A stretch of DNA of 64,000 nt, from assembly GCA_050084515.1 (NCBI GenBank), contig CM114271.1:17298001-17362000 (forward strand), in the 5' to 3' direction. The position numbers were made by a program, and so were the translations under genes. Origin of the DNA: Blasia pusilla (lineage: Eukaryota). This document shows positions 1 through 12,500 of the stretch, piece after piece (positions within the stretch are counted from its first letter, which is position 1; every line of letters begins with the position of its first letter). The notes beneath the pieces are model-generated. The model was not told the origin of the DNA. It saw only the letters and a list, made by a program, of their open reading frames with translations, and did not search any database.

Positions 1-2
1 AG

Positions 3-960
3 GGCATTTGTGTGTTAGATCTCTTTGGTGGGATTAGCACTGGTTTGGCTGCAGTGTTGTAGGCCGGTATTCTTATGCGGAGATACGTGTATGTGGAGCG
101 AGATGAGACGGCCCACAGAGTCTCATCCCGACATATTGGTCAGTTGATGCGGAGATATCCTGAGTTGTTGCCGCCATTAGCTATTCGTGGGTACCAGCGT
201 GCTTTGCCGTCACACATTGCATTGTTGGGGGCGCAGGACCTTGAGAGGGTTGGTCTTGTGGATTTGGTGATTTCTGGATGGCCATGTCAGGGTCATACAC
301 GTGCAGGTCGTGGTGAGGGATTACACGACCCTAGGTCTCGATTTGTTTTGGGAGATGTTACGGGTGTTACGACATCTTCAGGTTCATCACACACGTGCTC
401 TAGCTTACATTCTGGAGAATGTTCCATTGTTGGATGACACTCGGACCCGGATGATGGCGAGTGTTCATAAGGTGTAGTGTTGGATTGGACCAGCAATGTT
501 TTTGGATGCAGCGCGAGTTGGCTCGCGTGCACATCATCCACGTTTGTGGTGGACAAACTTGTTGCCTAGGGAGGTTGTACGTCGAGCATATAATGCAGTG
601 CAGTGGGATCCTTGCCTTACAGTGGATAGTATCTTGGATATTGGGCGACTTTCTCAGGTGGTGAGGGTTATTGATCGATCACCCATGGCAATGGTGAACC
701 GTGTGGGCCAGCCTAGGATGACACTACCCACATTTGTGAGTTTTCCCTTGTCACATGCCTACAGGGAAGGTGGTCCCGAGCTTGTATGGGATTCTCATGT
801 GCGACAGTTGGTGGAGCCTAACGCTGATGAGAGAGAGCGTGCGATGGGATTTGCTACTGGTGTGACAACGGTTGCTTCCATTTCTGAGGCTTCACGACGT
901 CATGTGTTGGGTCAGGCCATGGACCTGAATTGTTTGACCTGGATTTTGAGTCTTGGTATG
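3..960 (+). pseudogene. C5 DNA cytosine methyltransferase domain inside the retrotransposon (stops, one frameshift ~345)
   Basis: Motif I VLDLFGGISTG (from nt 12), motif II YVE, motif IV GWPCQGH (~276-296), motif VI YILENV (ENV 415-423), motif VIII HHPRLWWTN, motif IX ERERAMGF, motif X LGQAMD, all in canonical order. Confidence 0.9.
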
Positions 961-1340
961 GCCGAGTTGCGTCGACTTCGGACTATGTCTATGGGTCTTC
1001 CACCCCTTGTGATGAGCTCGATGACTACCGGGATGGTAGAGACATCGGCTGAGGGCGAAGAGAATAGTATTTTGCATCCTTGGAGTAAATGGGATGTAAT
1101 GGATGGGCATGTGGAGTTGGTTGCTCATGCTGGTGGAGGAGTTATTTGCTCAGATGATGGTGTAGCTAAGGGTGTACCATCTTGTGAGAAGGTTGCATAG
1201 CAGCCAATGGCGTCGTCCTCTCCCTCTAGTGTGCCAGTGGAGGAGACTTGGGAGCCATTACTTGGGCCCAAGCTTACGGGAGGTGAGAAACGACGCTTGA
1301 CACAGTTCCTACGTGCTTATAGGAGTTTTTTTCCTTTAGC

Positions 1341-4300
1341 ATGAAGGAGTTGGATGCTTTGGTTGGACCCCATATACGGATTGATTTGGCTAGTGATACG
1401 CCAATCTTTCGTCGTCCCTACCGATATAGTGATATGGAGAGGGATCTGATTCAGAGTAGGACATTGGACCTTTTAGAGGCTGGATTAGTGGAGTTGTCGC
1501 ATGGAGAGTATGCATCAGCCACTGTCATGCCTGCTAAAAAGGATGTGCAAGAAACTACACGGATAGCCGGATGTGTGGAGATTACCGTCCTATCAATCGG
1601 CAGACCAAGGCCGATAGGTATGCCATGCTCATACCTGAGGATATCTTTGATGTGGTGGGACAGGCAAAGATTTTCAGTACTTTGGATCTTCGAGCAGGAT
1701 ACCATCAATTGCTGATTCGAGAGAGTGACAAGGCCAAGACAACATTTTGGGGTGTCAACTCTCATGGCAAAGATTGTTTGTACCAGTGGAAATTTGTACC
1801 CTTTGGGTTGAAGAATGCACATGCCGAGTTTTAGAGAGTGATGGACAGGATCCTAGCAGGGTTGGATTTTGTTCGGTATTACATTGATGATATCTTGGTG
1901 TTCAATAACACGGTGGAGGAGCATCAGATACATTTGCAGATTGTGTTTGAGCGGTTGAAAGCTCATGGTCTACGTTTGCATCCAGGAAAGTGTAAGTTCT
2001 TCCATGAGGATGTGGAGTACTTGGGTCATGTGATCTATCCAGGTGGTTTGGAAGTTCAGCATACAAAGGTGGAGGCTATTGCACTTATTCCTCGTCCGGT
2101 AGAAGTGAGTAGAGTTCGGGCATTCATGGGATTGCCGAACTACTATCGAAGGTATGTGAAGGGATTTAGTGCTATGGCAAAGCCTTTGCACTAATTGTTG
2201 AAATCAGATCAGGAGTGGCATTGGGGAGATGATCAGGAGAGAGCTTTTGTGGAGCTCAATGCCCAGTTGGTGGCGGCGCCTATCTTGAGGAGACATGTCA
2301 GAGGGCGCCCATTTCAGTTACACACTAATTGGAGTAGGTTGGGACTTGGAGCGGTGTTGACACAACATGATGATGAGCACATGGAGTTTGTGGTGGCCTA
2401 TGCAAGTCGTTCGAATAATGCAGCGGAGTCGCGCTATAGTTTATATGAGGGAGAGTGCTTCGCAGTAGTGTGGGCTGTTGTCGCGACCCTCATGACCAAA
2501 CAAGTGCCAAGCGGAACATCGGAACATTAGCAGACTCACGCTAAGATGGTTTGCGCGTTGGAGTTGTCTCAAAGAGGAGACAAGAGACGAGACGCGAGCG
2601 AGGAGTCGCGTTTCAGGTGTTATGGTCGCGACTGAGAAACCTGGACCAAACGCGGAATGAGACTTGAAAGAAGTCGAGTCTAGGAAGTGGGTTGCCAAAA
2701 GGAAGATCCGGATTTGGAACGCCACTAGCGTTTGAGAGTTTCCGACTGTATTTATGGCCATAACTTTTAGCACCAAGATGCGTTGGAAAGCTTATAGAGA
2801 TCCGGTCCAAACGCACCAAAGATCGCTGCAAACGCATAAGCAGCAGCCGAGATACGACCCAAAAACGACTGTGAGTGGAGTCGGGTTGAGGGCCACAGTG
2901 AAGGGCCCGACCCTCTTTTCCCAAAGGGGAGGGGTTATTGGAGAACCCCAGAAGTACTAGTAAGGGGGAAGGTCTCCGAGAGTGCTTGGAACCCAAACCC
3001 CACTTTGGGCGCCATGGGCGCTCAAGGGCATGGAACGGAACGCGAATTTGGGCGTTGGGTTGGAAAACCTGCACCAAGTCTATTGAGGCGATTTTAGACA
3101 TCCCTCTTGGATTTCACGCCGCGACTCAATTACTTGGGTCTTGGTTCGGAACTCACCCAAGGACCGTTGAACAGTTGGGATCGCTAGGCGCGCAAGTGCC
3201 GTTTCAGATCCCTGGACTAACCAGGAAGTCTGTTCCAAGTCTTGAAGGACTTGCCATGTTTTCGAAGCTAGGAACTAAGGAAGGTTGAGCTTGATGAGAC
3301 GCCGAGTTGAGGACTCGGTGGGTTGGAACGCCGGTTGGCCCAAACCCGACTAACGAGAGTGCGTGTTTGGGTGCAGATCGGCGATGAGTTCGTGACCTAC
3401 TGAACGCACGCTTCCGCAACACTAAAGAATGACGTTCAAGGAGAGTAGGGCGCGATAGCTGTGGCACACTTTAGGTGTTACTTGTTTGGCACATAGTTTA
3501 CCCTTGTTACTGATCACCAGCCGCTCAAGTGGTTGATGGAGTCTGACAAGCTTACAAGAAAGCTTGCACGGTGGGCTCTTATCTTACAGGAATATGACTT
3601 CCATGTGGTACATAGACCTGGAGTTGCCAACCTTGATGCTGATGGATTGAGTAGGAACCCATGTACTAGCCAAGAGGATGCAACTGGGGCTAGATGGCAT
3701 GGCGAGGTTGATGAGGAGATGGTGTCAGGTTGGCATGCATCTGCCTTTTTATGTTGGTTAGGGGTGGACTCTAGTATGGAAGACCATATGACATCTTACT
3801 CTAGTCAGAGGGTGGATGGCCAGCCTTTAGATCCTAAGGTTGGAGATGGTGGTACGGATCAGCGTGATATTCATGATGATGCGTTGGTGTTGGAGTTCCT
3901 ATGGACAAGTAGGATGCAAGGCATAGTGAGTGCCAAGGAGCGAGACCGTGTTCTTCAACGTGCTAAGAGATATCGATTGGAGGGAACACATATTCTCCGT
4001 GTGTGGGAGGATGGTAGAGTACGATTAGTGCCGCATTTGGCTCAGAGAGAGCGCATTGTGCGACATGCCCATGAGGAGTTGGGACATTTTGGGATAAAGC
4101 GTACGTATAGCTTACTCCTTGGCCAATATTGGTGGTGTGGCATGCATACTCAGGTGCAGCAGTTGGTGTCACATTGTATGGTTTGTGACCGGCTGAGGGC
4201 ATCATTCAATGCCCCTACACCATAGTTACACCCTTTGCCTATTATGGGGTTGGGTTACCGTTGGAGTGTGGACTTTGCGGAACCGTTACCGTTGACTCTA

Positions 4301-4960
4301 CGACATTATCCATATGTGTTGGTGATGGTGGAGCACTTCTCCAAGTGAATTGAGTTGGTGGCATTACCTGACAAGGCAAGTGACGGAACGACATATGTGT
4401 TTATTGATAGAGTGCTTAGTCATTTTGGTGCACCAGCTGAGGTGCTGACCGACCAGGGTACAGAGTTTCAGGGTGAGTTTCAGGTCTTGTGTGACAAGGC
4501 GTTGATTGATTATAACATCACGTCTCGAGATCATCCAGAGGCGGATGGTTTGGTTGAGCGTGTGGTTCACACAGTGAAGAGGGCATTGCGCAAGTATGGC
4601 CTATAGAAGGGGCATCTGGGAGACTGGGATATTCAGTTGTCATGATTAGCCGTGGGATATAGGTTCAATTGCCAAGCATCCTTGGCTTCCTTCTCACCTT
4701 ATTTGATGTTAAACGGCCGAGATCCAGACTTGCCAACAATAATTTTTCGGGAGTCTAGTGAGATGGTGAACCTTGATGACCTTGAGATATGGATGAGAGT
4801 GTGTTCTCAACGGGCAGAGTTTTTTCGGAGAGTTATGCCAACAGCCTTTGAGAATCTTGCCATTGCTCAACACAGGGATATGTTGCGGTATGCAACCATT
4901 CGGGATGGAGGTTATCGACCATCGATTTGTAGGTTCCATGTGGGGGACTATGTCTATTTG
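1341..4960 (+). pseudogene. Gypsy pol: reverse transcriptase, RNase H and integrase (interrupted by solo LTR 2479-3457)
   Basis: ORF pieces 1341-1715, 1571-1834, 1838-2194, 2195-2478, 3533-4225, 4355-4606, 4652+ join into one pol reading; removing the insertion and one TSD copy restores AVVWAVAHFRCYLFG. Confidence 0.93.
2479..3457. mobile_element. Solo LTR (979 bp) nested in the RNase H region
   Basis: Starts TGTCGCG, ends CGCGATA (decayed CGCGACA); perfect 5-bp TSD GCTGT at 2474-2478 and 3458-3462; homologous copies at 35.5-41.4 kb. Confidence 0.93.
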
Positions 4961-5164
4961 CAGCAGATTGCGCCGACAACGTTGGATGTGGCGGCAGGCC
5001 GCACTATTTTACGAGTGCGCGAGGTGTTAGCTTCTGGAGTTCTCATGTTGGTGGGTCGTGATGGAGTTGTTTGGAAGGACCACGTGCGTAATTGTGCGTC
5101 GTGTCATCTTCCAAATGTGGATAGTACTGTTGACCCACGCTTAGCCATGATACGTGCTAGCTTG

Positions 5165-5300
5165 AGGTGCATGTTGTGTGGGTCTGTTGGTAACGTAGCC
5201 CATATGTTGGTGTGTGATCGGTGTTCTAGGGGTTGGCACATGATGTGTTTGACTCCACGTATGGATGTTGTTCCTATTGGAAGGTGGGTTTGTGTACATG
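5165..5300 (+). other. PHD finger (C4-H-C3 type) at the C-terminus of the retrotransposon integrase
   Basis: CMLC-x8-LVCDRCSRGWHMMCL-x9-RWVC at the end of ORF 4652-5326; last Cys not in frame. Confidence 0.85.
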
Positions 5301-5386
5301 CACCCACGAAAGTGTATAGCATGTAGTAGATGTATAGGGCTATCTGGGAATTAGAGGGACCTAACCGCTATTTGGGGGGGGCGAGT

Positions 5387-5738
5387 TGTGGTACACTTAT
5401 GTTTGTGGATGCTCTCGTCTATGTTATGCATGTAGGTGAGTATGGTATATCAGCAATGTATGTTGTATAACGATGTGGATTCGTACGACACTTGTGAGTG
5501 TAACCCAAGTCTCTCCTTAGGAGAGTGGGTTTGGTTTGACATTGAGAAAAGACATGTCAAAATGCACACATGTGAGAGCTATGGTGTTGTGAGAGAGATT
5601 TGACCTTATTTTATTGGAGATATTTTGGTACTTCTCGCCTTTGTGTTTGGATGCCATGAGTTAGCATGCGATTGTGCGTGTTTGTGTGTGTTCGGCGACA
5701 GTAATGTATGTTGTGTACCGACGTGTATGTGCACAACA
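5387..5738 (+). repeat. 3' LTR (~352 bp) of the DNMT-Gypsy element
   Basis: Directly follows the PPT; TGTGGTACAC...GTGCACAACA imperfect terminal inverted repeat; internal direct repeat CAG(C/T)AATGTATGTTGT at ~5451 and ~5699. Confidence 0.75.
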
Positions 5739-5870
5739 AACTAGACAGCAAGAAAATATTTCACATGATACGAGAGGTGAAAAAAAGTTGAACTTATATG
5801 CAACATCAATAATCTCTTTTTTTCACTGGCTAAACACTAATTCTTCAAACACTATTTAATTTCCAAAGTG
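5739..5870 (+). repeat. 3' part of a small Helitron-like repeat family copy, interrupted by the Gypsy element
   Basis: CAGCAAGAAAAT...GCAACATCA...CTTCAAACACT closely matches the repeats at 56755-56880 and 57015-57140. Confidence 0.65.
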
Positions 5871-6544
5871 GCAAAAAGAACTTAAAAATCTGGTTCAACA
5901 TCCCATTGACGTAAGTGCATCCCATCACTAAGATCTTGTTGATACTAAAGGGGCCAGGTACTAAAATACCTTCCCCGTGACGGTATTTTCACGAGTCCGT
6001 CGCGACGTAACTAACCGCCTGAAAGTGGTATATATCTGGAAATCATGCCGACGACCAAAAGCCGACCCGGCATTGGCGGGGCCCGCGCAGACGGGCGGCT
6101 CTCAAATTGCGCGAATACTTACAGGACTGTCCTCAGCGTGCGGGTAGACTTCGACAGACATTTGTGACAGTTTGACATGTAACTTGACAATGCTCTACAG
6201 TGATGTCGCTCGTGTTTCAGGACTCGTTTTAGCAGATTGTAGACCACATTCTAATGAACGTTAATGTGTCCAAAACTCACCTACAGCCGCTGCAAACGAA
6301 AAGTTATAGGGGTTGTTGAAAGAGCCACGTGATTGTATTGTCCTCTTGACTTGGTTTGCGTGACGGATGGTCTCACGATGTTCTCAGGGATTGAGTTGCT
6401 CGTGTGTCTCTGATTGCAATTAGGTGCGAGTCCTGTGAAAATAGATTATGGTTGTAGTGGAGAAGAGCATCACAGCTTCGTCTCGCAACACAATTCGCAG
6501 GAGTGGTAGGATATACATTTTAGTGAACCTATCCTGCAGGTGTT

Positions 6545-9500
6545 ATGGCCTTCGTTGATCTGAACGATTCTCAGGCACGTCAGCGGATTGAACGAAAGCG
6601 CTTCTTGGAACGGAGAGTGGTGGAGACTCTAGCCTTGAAACCGCCAAAGCCTGGTCCGCTTTTGAAGGTATACTCCCGGATCTAAAGCAATGATATGTAA
6701 ATAATCTTGCTACCACCAGGTTACTACAATAATGATTTGTTGGAGCAGCGAAGATAACTAGCAAGCAGCACTTTGAGACATAAAATCTTCTCACCTTTGT
6801 CAAGTTAGCTCGATGTTGGTGATACGGGAGAGCACTTTACGAGTCCCACCCGGATATGTTCGACCTAGTTCAGCTGTAAAGACGCTCGATTGGCAGATCT
6901 ACGCTCCTGTCATCAGTCATCTGCGGGGATGGCCACACACCAACCGGGCTACAGATTGAACAAGATTTTAAACACGGCATTACCGCCTGCCCTAATCTTT
7001 GTTTTCCTTGCACCTTTCGTCCTACTAAAGCGTTGAAAGAAAAAATTGGAATGGAGATTCTAAAGTCGGCAAGAATATTCGATAGTCCGGAGGTTACCTT
7101 GCGCACAGGTTCTCGAAGACAGAAAATGGCGCTTCCAGCAGAAAAACCATGAGATTCCAATAGAAGCGGAAGACTTGTTAGAAAGCTCTTTCGGTTGACA
7201 TCATTAATGCACATGCTTTGGACGCAAGATGAATTTTTGAGGAGTCCATGTGAACAGCACAAATGGATTCGGTCCACGGATGGCCGGTCGAGGACACTTT
7301 CGCACATGGATGCAGGCTGTGGAAGAAATACTGGACATGAATAAAAGAACTTGGGGAACCCATCGCAAGGGGAAGGAGGGGAGACTCAGCGAAAAGAGAG
7401 AGAGAGAGAGAGAGAACAATGGAGGGAGACATAGATCCAAGAAAGAAGAGGCCTCCAGCTCTAACTCCAAAAATATTTGCAAAGCTAATGCAGGGGCAGT
7501 TTCTCGTGAAGGGAACAGCGATCAGCGAGGAAAATCCCGCCTCCGGATGGCGTAACGAAGTGATATACAGTCTGTGAAAGTAGACGTAGGTTGGTTCCCA
7601 CACGGCAACAGTTTTTAAGCCGAAAATTTTCGAGGCATCCCATCCAAGACAAAATTGGATGAAGTTCGTCCATTAATTTCATTCTAGACGTGTGCCTGAG
7701 TTCAAGTAATGAAGAGAAGGCATTGAAAGTATAAAAGGGATCGACCATCAAAGAAAGCAGAAGGGAGACTCAAGGAATCGAGCACCAACACGCCCACAAC
7801 CACAGAGTAAAGTCGGCTGAGTCCATGACAATGTGACAGAGGAATCGTATCTGTCCATGGAAGACATCCTCGAAACAGAAATGCGAACGAAACCTAAGCG
7901 AGTGTAAAACGAGGAGCAGGTGTCAGGGCGGTGACGGTCTCTTCTTAATACTGTCTCTGCTCTGCAGGAAACGGTTACCGGTGTCTTGTCAGGGTTGTCT
8001 TGTTGGGAAGAGTGTTCCACTGGTGCAGACCCGTTGACTCATTAAATTCCACAGGGAAAAGATATATGACAGTTTAGGGCAATTCGCACTAACCTGTCAT
8101 TCGTTGTAGGAAGGCGAACATGGAACTTACAAGCTTAGTCCAGATGAAGAGCAACAGGCCGTCAGTGAGTACCGAAGGAGATCTAGACAAGCGCGAATTT
8201 TGCAGGTGTCCTCATCCCAATTCCTGTTTCACCCTTTCTCACCGTGCATTCGATCAGTAACTATCTTTAAATCTAAGTTAGCCTTTGAGACGTTTTCCAG
8301 AATCCATTGCGTATTCAATTTGTTCATGTTTTTGCCCGCGCCATGCTTCGCGATCCTCTTATGCTGTGTGAGGGCTTCTCACCTTTAGACTCCATTATAA
8401 AAGATGCCACCTCCAACAGTATCGGCGTAAATTCCAACAGTATCGGCGTTTTGATTTGATTCTGCAGGTGCGGGCTCAAGAAATGTTACTTGCAGCAGAA
8501 CGAGTTGGAGAATTTCGTGAGCGCAAAAAGAGGGAGAAACAAAAACTGCTGCAAGTACTAAAGGTATCTGACTACAACACACTCTGTGAAATTCCTCACT
8601 TCTTATCTAAGTTGCATTGCTGCATACCCGAAGCACTACGCTTTTGAGGCTAGATGTCCTCCTTTGGTTTAATCGTCCCTTGTCCATGTTCACAAAGAAG
8701 AGAATCGAAACAACGAAACTTTTGTCAGCACGTCTCAAATAACGCTCCCATCGAAAACTTTTGTCCTTCCGTCGACCCTCTCAGTCATTGAGTTTCAGCT
8801 GCATTTGTCGTCACTTTAGGAATGCCCCTGGCCCTCTCTTTTTTGTCGAGTTCTTTGTTTTCTAAGATGAGACAGTAATTAATTGCCCATGAACGGAATG
8901 GGTCCCAGACATGGACCCAATGATTGTCATTTCTTGTAAATTTTGGTATGTACGGTAAGATGTTTCAAAAAACTTTCATAGCGAACAGAAAACTGAAAAT
9001 CATCTCGGTTGATTACTCTGGAGAGATATTCCTGGAGGGAGCGGGAAGTTTTAGATGATTGACATCTGATATGAAAAAAATTCTGGTAATTAAAATCGGT
9101 GAGACATTTCCGTGAAAGACTTTTCGAAGATGGAAATCTGATCCAAAGACTTTTCTAGTGAGGAAAAGCTGAGATGAAAAAATTACCAATTGGATGCTTA
9201 GGAGAAAATTTCGAAAGAGGGAACTTTGACTCGAAAACATTTGCAATTGGATATTTCCCACAGTGTAAATGTGATCTGAAACATTTTCCATTGGGTATTT
9301 TCGATAAGCTCAACAATGGAAAAATTCCCACATCTGAAATCTTTACACACATGTCAACATCCTGGAGTTTAACGTGGGAGGTTCAAACACAAACAAGAAT
9401 ATGGTCAGTTGTTCTTCTCTATTTCTCCCGCCATGAAATCCCACAAACTCTACTTGGAAAGGCTTGGAAGAGTTTATTATAAAACTTGGTGGTTCATCTC

Positions 9501-12500
9501 ATCTATTCCTTGCAAGATGATCGCACATCAGAAAGGCATCCTTGACTTCACAGTAGTTAGTTTGGTTACCTCAGCACTTCAGTAAAGGATCGTTTCGAGC
9601 TGATGTCATTCGTATAGTGGTGAGAACGATCAGGTTTTCAAACTTGACAAGATTCTAAAAACTAGAACCATATCGTTGACGTGGTTGGTCAATGAGTTGG
9701 TGAGCAAGTTTGAAACGCGTAATGCTTATGATTCTAGTCTTGTGACTAAGAGTATGTTGGAAACGCAGGAAGCATGGAAGGAAGAGCAAGGAAGACGAAT
9801 TGCTGACCTTGAAGGTGACTTTGTCCACTTTTACAAGGGCATTGGACAGAGTCACGATGCTGCTCAGACTGTGTCACAGAAACTGGTGAGTGCTTACAAA
9901 GTCTTGAAGTTGGAAGTTGATACTAGGCCGTGTCAGAAGTCCAGGAAGCTGGTGCCCACTTTGGCCTGTACATCTGCCGCTTGTCCGGATGGGAAATGGA
10001 GCTCTTTCTCAGGTCTCCATCTTTCCCTTTCTAGCTGAAAGAGAGATTCCCCGAACCCCAAGTACTCCTCATAGTGAGAATTTTGTGCTTCATCTCACTT
10101 CAGCTGGTCAGGACGTCATACAAACCTCCCACCCCATCGACTTGCGGAGTTAGTGGCTAGCCGTATCTGAGCGAAGTCAGCGACTAGTTCACCTTCGCGA
10201 GTTCAAGCCGGACAAACTCCTTTCGGGAAAACTTTGACATGCCCTATTGCACTCATCCACACAAATGAATTGAACAGTATATTATTGTTTTCTCTGTCCA
10301 TGACTTTCTCTGTGCATGTTCATTATGATTTAAGCTTTGGGACTGCAAAAAATACTTCCATCACCTTCTCTTGCTTGACCTTATCATAATGACTAGACCC
10401 TATGAAGCTGTTAGGCAACTGGCTCTCTTTGCAGGCAGAAGTGGCAGAAAAGAAGGCTAAAGAAGCTGAAGAAAGCAGAATATGGGAAAAAATGCGATTT
10501 CAGAAGGCTATGCAGGAGGTGAAGCCCTCTTTCTGCGTGCGTGCGTTTTAGACAGAAACGAAGCTTTGTAGATTTCCTTCTTCCAAACTCCAATTCCCAC
10601 CCAGAGTGATTCAAAATTAAAGGTAACCGAGATTGTGATGTCGATTTTTTCGAAGCATGCTAAGTGAGCAGCCCACATTTACGAAGGAGTTTCTGTAGAC
10701 GCTAACTGGAAAGTAGTAGAGTGGAAGACCAACTCTGAGAGATAGAAATGTAAAAAATGAAGGGGTCCGGTTTCAAGAATTTCCTATGCGTTTGCGTTGA
10801 TTTTAACACCACCAGATTCTTGCTAATTGCTTCCCCACCTGTTAATTCTCTATATCAAGTTACAAAAGGAACACTAAAGTGGTCGACAGAGGACTTCCAT
10901 CAAGGCTTTGACTTCACTATACCATATCTTTGAGGCTTCTTCTGATATCTAGCAGAAGAAAATAGAGTCAGTATCCACCCACTCTCAATTATCTTGTTCT
11001 TATGAGCTCTGGGCCACAAGGTTTTATACAACTCCACTTGTGGATACATCCATTGAAACATCATATTAGAGAAGGTGCACTAATCAATTCTGCTTGAGAT
11101 TGCACGGCATACAATCAGTAATATAGTAGGCTTGAGTCTGACCTGGCAACTTTTCCATTTTGCTTCTTGTCAAGGAAATCGCTCGGAAATCAGAGGCTGG
11201 ACACGAACAGAGTTTTGCCAAGGAGCGGAGGAAGGTTGTGAACCATGTAGCAGCTCTTGATCGACGACGCGCACGGTGCTTTCATGCTTTTCATGCAAGG
11301 TCTGAAATAAAACAAGAGAAGAAGCATACTGCAAGTGAAGGTAGCTATGTATCTGTCACTTTCTTCTATGCGTACTAGACATGTCAAATAAATAGCTGAA
11401 CTGGCCATAACATATTTTCGTGACCATGCTAACTCAAATGTACAAACACTATCTCTCCATGGAGACTCCCTCCCCCTCCTTCAACCATTGCCCCCTAGTT
11501 TGTGATCATTAATTCGCATCTCCATTTGCAGCCAAACGTGGCCTTGAGGTTCAAGGTTAACGATAAACGATTAACCCGGATCCCACATCTTAAGCAAGTC
11601 CCATGTTTGATCCGCCGCGCGTGAGAGTTGCCTACGTCCTGTTGAAATCAGAATTCTACTTCCTCACAGATCTACTTTTAAAACTTTTAAAAAGATAGAA
11701 AGATAGTAGATCCTGACAGGATCTTCCACTGAACCATGTACATGAGGGTAATCACTTACAAACCTGAAAAGAGCAAATCTGAAATGGATTGCATGTAGAA
11801 CTGATCTACAACTTCTATTGAGAACTGGGTGCTTGAAAAGCAACACCTTATTAGAATACACAAGTCCTGAAGAGAGGTGGTTGAAACCAAGATGCAGGAG
11901 TTTGTGCTAGATTGGTTCTTGGAGCATTCTCCACACCAATGCACATTCCTTCTTAGTTGATCAAGGCACCAGCAGAGGTTCCGGTATGTAGGAGCTAATC
12001 TCAAAACCCACAGTGAAGTGAATCAAAGAAGAAGGGAAGAGAGGGGGAGTTAAATAGTTTCCTACAAGAGACCAGCAGAAGGGACCACTGCATGGTAAGG
12101 CAAGGTGGAGGGGCCAGCACAACAGGAGCAGGCCAGCACATTATGAGCAGGACAGCACAACAGGCCAGCACACCATGTGCACAATTAAACATAATCAAAA
12201 CTCACAAGAGTAGTAAAAGAGGTAACTAGTAAACTAACTGAGACTTGTAACTATGATAAACTTCCAACCATAGTTTGCAGAACTAACCATAGTTAAAAAA
12301 CTGGAAGAAAACAGCAGACAATTTTATGTGATATCCTAACACGTCCCTCCCTCTCTAGCTAGGCCCCATGTTCCTCGTGCTTCATGGTCACCCACAAATT
12401 TTCATGATGACCCGGTGTCTCATGGGCCATTCTGCTTGCAGAACGTGACTTGACTCATATAACATGGGCTCACTTTAGAAGTGATTCATGGCTCTGGCAT

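Larger units (their letters stand above)
1..5738 (+). mobile_element. Decayed Ty3/Gypsy LTR retrotransposon, 5' part outside window: DNMT - RT - RNase H - integrase - PHD, then PPT and 3' LTR
   Basis: RT motifs (CGDYRPIN, LDLRAGYHQ, PFGLKNA, YIDDILV), RNase H (VVAYASR, TDHQPLKW, LARWALIL), integrase (H..H..C..C, TDQGTEF, GLVER) in Gypsy order; G-rich PPT ~5374-5385 followed by TG...CA LTR; many in-frame stops and frameshifts. Confidence 0.95.

Noticed and set aside
3-960. Bacterial contamination or a restriction-modification methyltransferase
   Set aside because: Contiguous with Gypsy RT, shares its decay pattern, and is embedded among intron-containing plant genes; a remote bacterial origin of the domain is not excluded
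2441-3467. Several 70-160 aa ORFs on both strands
   Set aside because: They lie within the solo LTR and have no recognisable domains
6870-8020. Overlapping ORFs (e.g. 7250-7555) as a separate gene
   Set aside because: No recognisable domain; they lie between in-phase exons 6545-6667 and 8110-8205, so probably intronic, though alternative exons are not excluded
9010-9350. Loosely periodic TTTTCC/GAAAA-rich stretch as a repeat array or CRISPR
   Set aside because: No constant repeat unit or spacer structure; eukaryotic intron context
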